From positions 1-41,544 of the forward strand of contig CALSCO010000429.1 in assembly GCA_943704415.1 (NCBI GenBank): 41,544 nt of DNA, written 5' to 3'. The notes below the pieces were generated by a model that did not search any database, was not told the DNA's origin, and saw only the letters and a program-made list of their open reading frames with translations. A program made the translations under genes and the position numbers. How positions within the stretch are numbered: the stretch's first letter is position 1; every line of letters begins with the position of its first letter. Of the stretch, positions 10,978 to 20,200 are shown one piece after another. The stretch is from Parvularia atlantis (taxonomy: Eukaryota).

Positions 10978-11892
10978 GGACTGCGCAAAGTGACTCTTCG
11001 TTCAGCATTTGCTCTGAGAGGCATGCATCCCCTTCGACTGCAGCTGTCGCCAGTGCCCGCGCGCCTTTGACACCGAGCGCGGCCTCGCCGTGCACGTCGG
11101 CCACAAGCACCCGATGTTCTCGCGGTCGCCGGGCGCCGGTCGAGCGGACGCGACGCGCGGGACCGGTGCTGCGCAACGCACTGCACCGAGCGCGTCGGGC
11201 GTGCGCGGCGACGGCGTAAGTGGCGACGGCGCGGGCGCGGACGTGGGCGAGAGTATCGGCGTGGCGTGCTCGTTGTGCGGGCAGATGCTTGTCAACAGGC
11301 ACGTCGTGGTCATTCACGAGGCCCGTATCCACCGTCGACCCGGGGCGTCGTCGTGGTCAACGCCCACAGCGACTACCACCGCGAAACCTATGCGCTTCAC
11401 CTGCGCTGCTCAGCGCCGCCGTCGAGCGCATCCGCTTCGCCGTCAAGGGCGCGCTGCTGTGCTTCGCCAAGCATGTGCGTGCGCGCGCATTGTTGGTGCT
11501 CGATCTGCACTGCGCGCTCTTTGTTGCGCTACCTCAGCTGCGGTTTTTCGAGGCGGCTCTGCGGCAGCGTCGCGATGCGTCGCTTCAAGCTGACGGACAT
11601 CTTGGACGTGCTGGACCCGATCCTGGGAGCGGACTGGTGGACCGCGGACGCAGACGACCAGCGGCTGATGCACTACATGCGCACGGTCAACCGCCTGTAC
11701 GACTGGCACTTCTCGCTCAACCTCAAGTTTGCCATCTCCGACCGCGTCTTCCACGAGCAACAGACCGACGGAGCCGCGCTAGCGCCACGCCGCTACGCCC
11801 GCGGTGAGTTCATCATGTCGTTCTGTGCAACGGCATGCGCCCGTCGCACCAACCGTGATCCTGTGCCGCAGCCGACTGCACCGGAAGGTTGA
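10976..11892 (+). pseudogene. Degenerate gene with two C2H2 zinc fingers and an unknown C-terminal domain
   Basis: CRQCPRAFDTERGLAVHVGHKH (about 11045-11110) and CSLCGQMLVNRHVVVIHEARIH (about 11267-11332). Coding-like blocks continue in three frames (GVVVVNAHSDYHRETY; LLSAAVERIRFAVKGALLCFAKH; MRRFKLTDILDVLDPILGADWW...), which needs at least 3 frameshifts. Probable introns 10990-11043 and 11475-11537. Confidence 0.6.
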
Positions 11893-11900
11893 AAGTAACT

Positions 11901-13123
11901 TCAGACACGAATAGAAACATGGTGGGTGGTGAGAGTAGGGCGGGGAGGGGGCCTGTACAGCAGCCTGTTCTCCTTCTCCATCGTCTTGAGCACGGCCGAC
12001 GCCCCGCTGCCGCCGCCCCGTGTGGTGTGATGGAAGTAAAACTGGACGTGTTGGCGTGCCGCTCACCAACCTGTCAACAGAGCCGGTCGAGAAGAAGAAC
12101 CACCGAGCCGCGCGCAGGTGCGGAGGTGGTCGGGCAGATGCGCAGCGAGGGCGTGGCGCCCGGGTAGCCGCCCTCCGCTGCGCTGCCCGTGCGCTCGGTC
12201 GACGCAGGCGCGGCCGTGTATGCATGTAAGGAACTTGCGCACGTTGACCTGGCCGCAGCGACGTCGGCAAAAGCAAGCAGCCGCGCACCAGCATGAGTGC
12301 GCACCTCCGCCTACGTGGTCGCGTCGAGGATAGGCACGACGTGCGCGAGGTGGGCGCGCGACTCCTCGGTCTGTGGCATTCGTCAGTGTTCATGCATCGC
12401 ACAACACGACCGGCGCTCACGCACGGGCATATCCTTGGCGCCCAGCGTGCTGTCGTCCTCGAAGTCGAGGCGCACGCGCTCGCCGGCAAAGTTGGCGTCG
12501 ATGCCCAGCAGCGTGGTGTCGTCCACGGCATTGCGCTCGCAGGACTCGTTGAACGCGCGCATGCGCTTCAGGCGGCTCTTCGGCGACTTGAGGGCCGAAA
12601 AGGGCTTCGACTTGCGCCTGGTGGCCTGCTTGCCGGCCGGGGCCGGCGTCCTGGCGGCGACGGGCGGGGGCGCGGGCGCGACCGGCACGGCGGGCATCCT
12701 CGCGACGCTCGCGGCGAGCAGCGGCAGGAGGAAGGCAGCCATCGCGGCGCCGGTGAGAGGCTGCTCAGCAGCGGCGAGCGTGACGGCGGGTGGAGGAAGC
12801 CGAGCCACGTGGCGCTCCAGCTGCTGGTCGTTGGGCAGCGGGAGCGGCGCGAGCGGCTGGCGCGGCTGCTTGGGCGGGCGGCCGCGCGGGCGACCGGTCG
12901 GCTTGTAGAGGCCCCACGCCAAGCAGGCGGTACAGATCGGCTTGTCACGCACGCGCTCCAGCACGTCGTCGGGCAGGTCGCGGCGGGTGAGCACGGCCGC
13001 GGTCGCCTTGTAATACTTGCCGTGACCGCGGCAGGTCGCCGCACCGGCGCACGTTGGTGCCGGCACGCCGGCCGACGCAAACGCGCACAGCACAGCTTCG
13101 TCGCAGTGCGCAGCGTTCTCCAT
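11901..13123 (-). mobile_element. Internally deleted, decayed RAG1/Transib-like transposase gene
   Basis: N-terminal Cys-rich region ending ICTAC; AT-hook GRPRGRPPK; basic helix KPFSALKSPKSRLKRMR; introns 12371-12424 and 12249-12304; in-frame TAG 12313-12311. C-terminal remnants ATPSLRI..DHL.HL, inverted GVPLTNLSTEPVEKKNH, then HVQFYFHHTTRGGG...AVLKTMEKENRLLY. No terminal inverted repeats identified. Confidence 0.62.
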
Positions 13124-13289
13124 CTATGCGCGCCCGATCAGTGCAGATCCTGTTCAGGGTTTCCGCGAGGCAACACACCAGGTTCGTTCGACGCGGCGCG
13201 CAACGGCGAACACGACCAGCGCAACGGAAAGCGCGGCCGAAAATTCCTAACAAGTCATTGCCAATGTGGAAGCGACTGAAACACGCCTC

Positions 13290-13355
13290 CAGCCAATCAG
13301 GGCCGAGCGGGCTGATGACGTCACGGCGCATGACGTGATGCTCACTGATTGGCTG
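13290..13355. promoter_or_regulatory. Probable bidirectional promoter: inverted CCAAT boxes flanking CRE-like sites
   Basis: CAGCCAATCAG (13290-13300) and its exact reverse complement CTGATTGGCTG (13345-13355) enclose TGACGTCA (13316-13323) and TGACGTGA (13331-13338); lies between divergent ATGs at 13123 and 13501. Confidence 0.6.
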
Positions 13356-13427
13356 CTTCCGAAAAAGGCTATTTGCCGGAAAACGCGGCGCCGCACGCCA
13401 CCGTGACGGACGGCGCCACACAGACGG

Positions 13428-13499
13428 CAGCAGCAAGCAGCAAGCAGCGAGCAGCAAGCAGCAAGCAGCAAGCAGCAAGCAGCAAGCAGCAAGCAGCAG
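13428..13499. repeat. Heptamer tandem repeat (CAGCAAG)n immediately 5' of the ZNF598 ATG
   Basis: About 10 units, one variant CAGCGAG. Confidence 0.92.
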
Positions 13500-13500
13500 G

Positions 13501-16500
13501 ATGTCGACGGCCACGTGCCTCGTGTGCACCGAGCCCGTGCGCTTCTTCTCGGTCGGCCCGTGCAACCACCGCGAGGTCTGCCACCGCTGCTCGCTCCGGT
13601 TGCGCGGGCTGTACGGCAACGCGGCCTGCTCCTACTGCAAGGCGCGGCGCGCGCGCGTGGTCGTTCGCGACGATGATAGTGCTGACGAGGCGACGGCGCC
13701 GCACAGACAAAGCAGCCGCAGGTCGTGTTCACGAGCGACCCGGCCGCGCCGTTCGACGAACTGCTGACGCGGCGGTACGCGACGTGGCGCAAGCTCAACG
13801 TGCTGTGCGAGACGAGCGAGCTGCTGCAGGCGCGCTGCCGGCGCTCGGATCGGCCGTGATCGGGACGCTGACGGATGCGGCGATGCAGGAGGTCACCGAC
13901 CTGCTACGCTTCAAGTGCCCGCTCGACACCTGCGGCAGCATCTTCGACGCGCGCGGCGAGGCCGAGCGGCACATCCGCAAGGACCATCCCGGGCTGGCGC
14001 TGTGGTGCGGCGCCGCGTGCGGCTGGCGCGATGCCGTGGCCGACAAGAGTGCGCAGCAACGTCTGCGTCGACAACCGCAAAGTCTTCTTCAACGAGCACA
14101 AGCTGTACACGCGCGCGCAGCTCGACAAGCACTACCGCCAAGGCGACGACGACGACCCCGCATTCCGCGGGCATGAGCGCTGCAGCTTCTGCCGCCTGAC
14201 GTTCTACGGCAAGGATGAGCTGTACAACCACCTCGAGAAGGAGCACTTCTACTGCTTCCTCTGCCACGGCAACGGCGTGCACAACCAGTACTACGCCGAC
14301 TACGCCAACCTCGTGCGTCGTGCGGCCCCCGTCGCTGTGTGTGCACGCAAATGCAAGCAACGCACTAACGCATAGCGTCGAGCAGGAGCAGCACTTTGAC
14401 GAGGACCACTTTCTGTGCCCGTACGCCGAGTGCCGCGAGAAGGCGTTCATCGCGTTTGCCACGGAGATCGGCCTGAAGAACCACCTGGTGCGCGCTGTCG
14501 CACGGCGTGCCTTTGCTGGTGGCCTCATGCGAGCGCGCCGCGCAGGCATCCGAGCACCTGAAGGACCGCAAACTCTCGCGCTCGCAGCAGAAGCAGTACC
14601 GCACGATCCAGCTCGACTTCAACTACGGCGGGCAGGGTGGGCAGCCCGCCGCGGCAACGAGTGGCAGCGGCAGTCGCGTGCGTGTCTGCGCGGTGTGGTC
14701 AACCGGCACGCAGCTGCTTAAAAACACGCGCAAATGGCAGCAACAGCGCGAGGAGCGGCCGCACCGGGAGCGGCAGCCGCGCGAGCCTCGCCCGCAGCCG
14801 GCTCAGCCCACCCAGCCTGCGCAGCCTGCGCCGTCGGCCCGGCCGCCGCCGCCCCAGCCTGCCGCAGGCGCGTCCAGCAGCCGGCCGACGTCGGCGAGCA
14901 AGAACCCGTACGTTTACCAGCGCGCGGCACCCGCCGCGGCCACGCCCGATGCAGGAAGCAGTGGCAGCAGTCCGAGCGGCTACCGGGCCTCGGCGCGCCC
15001 GGAGACGCAGGCGGCGCTCGAAGAGATCGACGGGCTCGATGTCGGCGACGACGACGACGAGGACGAGGACGACAGCGGCGTTGTGCTCGTTGCCGAGGGG
15101 CAGGACGTCGACGCGGCGCTGGCCGAGCAGGCGCGCGTGGAGCAGGCGCAGCGCGAGCAGCGTGAGCGTGAGCAGCGGCGCGTCGCCTCCCGCAAGTCGT
15201 CCGAACATCGCGGCATTGTCAGCGACGTCGATCAGCGCCTCTCGTTCGCCGACGGCAGTTCTGCCGCGACCGCGTCGTCCGCCCGCCCGCCGCCAGGGTT
15301 CGAGGGCCGCTGCACGCCCAGCACCGACGGGTCTGGCCGGCCACCACCGGGCTTCGGCGGTGCTCAGCAGGCCGCGCCGCGCCCCGTGTCTGCAGCGGCG
15401 GCGCGCATGGACGACCTCAAGCGCCGCGCGCCGTCGTCGTTCACGCAGCTTTCGTCGCGACCGGCCAACGGCGCCAGCGCTGCCGCAGGTGCGGGCGGCC
15501 TCCTGCATGCGCACCGCGCCTGACCGGGCGTCGACGCAGTAGACGACTTTTCGCCGTGGGAGCAGCTCGGCCGCGTGCCGTCGCCGCCCGACCGCGTGCG
15601 CTCGCCACCGGGCGTCGACGACATGCAGCCTACGCAGGGCGCGAACGGCCCCTCGCCGAGCAAGCTACAGGTGCGCTGCGTCGCTCAATGCGCGTGCGTG
15701 CTGCTTGCTAACGCGACAAGTGCCAGATCGACCTCAAGTCCGGCAGCCACGTTTCGGCGTTTGCCTCGATGAACGAGCTCGACCCGCTCGCGCAGCGGTG
15801 CGGCCGCCGCGACGCACATGCTGGTGGCACTCACGCGCCGGGCACAGGCGTCAGCGCGACTTTTTGCTGCAGCTGCAAAGCGTCTTCGGCGAGGACCGCG
15901 ACAAGTTTGACAACTTCCGCGCCATGACGCGCGCCTTCCGCGCCGGGTCGATCTCGGCACCCGCGTTCTACGAGTGCGCCGAGCCGCTGCAGTGCCGAGC
16001 AATGTGCTGCTGACATGCTGGCGCAGGCAGTGGCTGCAGTACGTCGGCCCGCAGGCTGAGGCGCTCTTCCAGCAGCTGGTTGATCTCGTGCCCGACGAGG
16101 CCTTGCGGCAGCAACTCGTGACCGCGCACCGAAACTACAGCCGGCCGGCGCCGCCGACGCAGACGCAGACACAGAAGCAGGCGGGCGGGTCACGCGCATC
16201 GTCGTCGTCGTCGTCGTCGTCGTCGTCCGGACCGTGGGCGACAGCGCCGCGCACCGCTGGCAGCAGTTTCGCCGCGGCCGCTGCCAAGGACAAGTGCGCG
16301 CGCCCCGGGCGTGTGCGCTACGCCGGGCTTACCTGCCCGGCCCGCACGCAGGGGCAAGGCGCGCGTGCTCGTGATCAAGGCCAAGGCGCCCAGCGGCAAC
16401 CCGAGCTTCGCTGGTGCGTGCAAAAATAGACGCGCGTGCGAGGTGTGCTCGCTGATCTGCACGCGCACTGTTGCAGCGTCGCACATGAGCGTGTGGGACG

Positions 16501-17168
16501 CCGGGGCGCTCGCGCGGCCGTTTATCTGCCCTTACTGCAAGAAGATCGTGCCCGCACCCGACAAGGTGCGGCGATCGCTCTCGCGCGTGCGCCGTCGCTG
16601 CTCACTTGCGCGGCAGGAGTGGCACCTTGCAACGCACCCGATAGAGACGCCGAGCAACGAGGCAGACTCGCTCTACGGCGCGCCCGCGGAGCCCGAGCTC
16701 GCGCCGGCACCGCAGCAGCCCCGCAAGCAGCCACAGCAGCCACAGCCGCGCCCGCAGGCGTCCAGCGCCAGCGCACGGCAGGCGCTGTCGTCGAGCTCGT
16801 CCGGGTACGCAACCGCGTGGGCCTCGGGCTCGAGCGGGCCGTCCGTGACCGCGCCGTCGCTCTCGTCCACGGCATTCCCGACGCTGCAGCAGAGCAGCGG
16901 TGCGCGCACGCCCAGGCCGCTGCACTTGGCCGCACCGCTGACGGCCGCTGCATGGCAGGCAAGGCGGCGCCCGCTCCTGCGCCCGTGGCCGCGCCCGTGG
17001 AAGCACGCCAGCAGTCGGACGACGGTGCGTGCTGCCCACGTCTCGGCAGGCGGCGCACCGCTCATCCGTCTCGCGCACACCGCAGGCTTCCCTGCTTTAC
17101 CTGCGAGCGGCGGCGGTGGCGGCGGCAAGAAGAAGTCAAAGAAGACGACGCTACTCTACATCGGTTGA
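13501..17168 (+). CDS. ZNF598: E3 ubiquitin ligase ZNF598/Hel2 (ribosome quality control); about 15 introns
   Basis: RING CLVC...GPCNHREVCHRCSLRLRGLY...CSYCK; C2H2 array including FRGHERCSFC, EHFYCFLC, QYYADYANL, DHFLCPYAEC; late helical domain FDNFRAMTRAFRAGSISAPAFY; terminal FPALP...KKKSKK. Confidence 0.92.
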
Positions 17169-17208
17169 GGTTGGGCGTCGTCTTTTCTTTCTTTGACTGT
17201 ACACATGG

Positions 17209-20200
17209 CTAGCGCGTGCCCATGGCGAGCGGGTACGGCAGTGCGGCAGGCATCCTGTGCACGGCACAGCAGTGAGCAGACAAAGTCGCAAACGGCGTGG
17301 TGGCCGCACCGCATCGCCGCCGCCGCCGCCGTCGCCGTTGCGGCCACGGGCGTGTTGAAGTTGCGGTAGTTTTGCTTGAACCAGTCAAAAAGGTCGTTGA
17401 GGTCGGAAAAGTAGCGCCTGTTGACCGAGTGGCGGAAGCGGAAGCCGTTGGGCGTGACCGTGATGACCTGCGCAGCTTGATCAGCAGCACCGCAAGCGAC
17501 GGCACCGACCAAACCCGCACCTCCTGCCGCACGCGATCGCCGGGCCGGTACACGAGCGTGAGCTGGTCCGGTTGTTGCGGGTTCTGGCAGATGTAGTACG
17601 GGATGGCGTTTGCGTTCGCCTCCTTCTCTTTGTTGACAAGGTACGCTGGCCGCAACGCGTCGCCTCAGTCACAGCAGGCACACACGCACGCCCTTGGCAC
17701 GCACCGAGCTCCTCCGGCGTCGTGTTGCGGTACTTGCGGTGCTGCAGCGCGTCGTTCATAAACATACCCATGGGCTGCACGTAGCGCGCGAGTACTGGCG
17801 GTTGCCGCGAGTGCATCAGCGTCGCGAGTTCGCCGGCGAGAAGGAGCGCACCTTCGTCCACGTCGTTGAATCGCTCCGAGCCGATGTACAGCGCGCGCCC
17901 GAAAATGTCGTACGTGTTGGCGCTCTCCTCGGACCGCACGTGGATGTGAAGGAACAGGCCCGGGCCCATCTTGACCGTGACGGCGAGGAAGTTGTTGCCC
18001 TCGGACGACGGCCTGCGCCACGACCCACATCAGACGACCCGCACACGCACAGGCCGACAAGCCACCGCAGCAGGTACTGCCCAACCGGCGCGTCGGCCAG
18101 GTGCTGCTCGGCCTCGAGGTAGCTGTAGTCGCGGAAGGCCTCGTGGTTGATCATGCGCGCGCGCGCCTTGCGGGCCTTGCGCCGCTCGTTGACTGCGCGA
18201 ACAGGCGCGTGAGCGGGCGCACAGTGAACGATCTGGCAGCCTGGGCACGCACGCGCGTCGTTCTCCATGTCCTGCTCGTGCGCGCGCTCGTCGTAGTACG
18301 CGTCCAGCCGACGGCCCATGAGCGCCGAGCGGCGCGTGTCGAGCACGTCGCGCGGCTTCATCGTCAGCTCGACCGTGAAGCGCTGTTTGTCCACCTGCGC
18401 CCGGCGCGCGGCGTCAAGCGGCCATGGCGAAATTGAGGCGACCGCACGTTGAGCACGCGGCCCTGGAGCAGGTCGCCCGGCGCGACGAGCGTCGTCAGCA
18501 CGGGCGTGCCCTCGTCCAGGACGTTGTTGGCAAACACCTCGCCTGCGCACGGCCGCGTTCAGTCATCGGCTTTGCTCGCTCTGCGTCTCCCGCATGCACG
18601 CACCAAACAGGCCCGAGTCGAGGCGCACGTCGATGCGCACGTCCGACACGCGTGTCACCACGGCGCTCACGAGCAGGCCCACCCGCAGCGTGTCGTCGCT
18701 CTCGCCCGTCAGCAGCTCAAACAGATCGGCCGGCCTGCGGTCGCGGCTGCGGCTCAGCGCTCGCTGTTGCACGAGCGCGCGCGTGGCAACGCACTGCATG
18801 TACGACTGGCGCAGTTCCTTGAACGGCTCGCCCAGCTCACGTTGCAGCATCCGCAGCGTGTGCACGCGCCGCCAGTCGCCCATCTCGGCGAGCTTGTTGG
18901 CGTACTCGCGCAGTTGCTCGTCCGAGAACATGTGCAGGCGCTGCACGCCGTCCGGCAGCAGTTGGAGCTGCTCAACGATGGCCGAGTCGCTCTCGAGCTC
19001 GTCCTCCGGCAGCTCCTGCGCATCGGCGCGGCTGTGAGTGGGCGCGCACACACGCATGCACGGCTGCACATGTGCACCTTCTCGAGCGCGTCCGCCGCCA
19101 TGCGCCGCGCAAAGACGTAGCTCTCGCGGTGGATGCGCGTCCGGTCGAGCACGTCGATCGGGTACTCGCTGTCGTCGTCGGCCCCTCGCCGCCGCTTGCC
19201 GCGCTTGGACCGCACATTCGGGTCGATCTTGAGGAACGCCGAGCAGTTGTCAAACACGGTGGCGAGCATCTCGAGCTGCTCAAGCAGCTGGATGCGCGAG
19301 CGGAGCGTGATGATGCGCTTGTGCGACTGCGTGTGCGCGCACATCGTGAGCACACGCGCGCGCGCGCGCGCGACGCAGCGTGGCGGCGCGCACCGCCGTC
19401 TCGATGAGCTCGAACGCTCGCCGGAAGCCAAGCCCGGGCACGAACGGCAGCACGCCGTGCATGTGTGAATGCGGCAGCACCCGGTTGAGGTCGACGCCTG
19501 CAGCCGCGACAGAGTTGAGCAGCGCGCGCTCGAGGTGCGCCTTGAGCTCCTCACGCGGTACCTGCGCCGCGCACCGGTGAGCGACAGCCCACCAAGCCCA
19601 GCGGCCGCACGCACGCACCATGCCTTGCTGCGGGTGCAGCCGCAGGTACACAAGGTCGTTGTTCGCGCGCGAGACGAGGCCGGCAAACTCGCTGAGCGGG
19701 TCGAGCATGCAGCGGCCGAGCGAGATGCAGTAGTGCAGCAGCGGCGGGAAGTCTGGGAACTCCTTCGTGGACCTGCGGCGAGCGTGCGCAATGCGTGTCA
19801 GCACGCAGCGGCGTCGAGGGGCTACCGAGGGCGCACCGCGGCGACTTGCCGTACAGCACCGCGACCTCATCGTCGACGTACAGTACCGGCGGGCTGTATT
19901 CCTGCATCTGCAGGGCATCACACGTCAAACCAGCCGCGACACAGCAGCCGTACGACGCGCACCCGCTGCGTCAGACGCGTCAGATCCTCGTACAGCCGCC
20001 GCGCGTCAAGGCCAAGGGTGCCCACGATGAGCACGGCGGGCCGGTGCCGCACGATGAAGTCCTGCAGCGCGTTCAGGTCATCCTGCTTCTCTGCGGGCAT
20101 GGCGCAGCGAGGTCAGCACCGGGCGAGCAGCAGGCGTGCGAGCGCACCCTTCGAGACAATCAGGTCCATGCCGCGCTCGCCCGCACGCGTGTTGCGCTGG

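Noticed and set aside
10978..11332. ORF-track N-terminus of the 645-aa TRIM ORF (MDTGLVND...)
   Set aside because: It reads through a canonical intron at 10642-10697 and is antisense to the zinc-finger gene.
12311..12313. In-frame TAG as stop-codon recoding
   Set aside because: TAG ends intact genes here (Gga, Spt6, Rad18) and the surrounding gene has other lesions.
9310..13268. Heptamer-like ends for the RAG1-like element (CACAGCG at 9310; CACATTG on the minus strand at 13268-13262)
   Set aside because: The sequences do not extend as inverted repeats, there is no matching 5-bp target site duplication or correctly spaced nonamer, and the right one overlaps a CCAAT box.
13428..13499. Repeat array as CRISPR or telomeric repeat
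   Set aside because: No spacers and eukaryotic context; a simple heptamer microsatellite.
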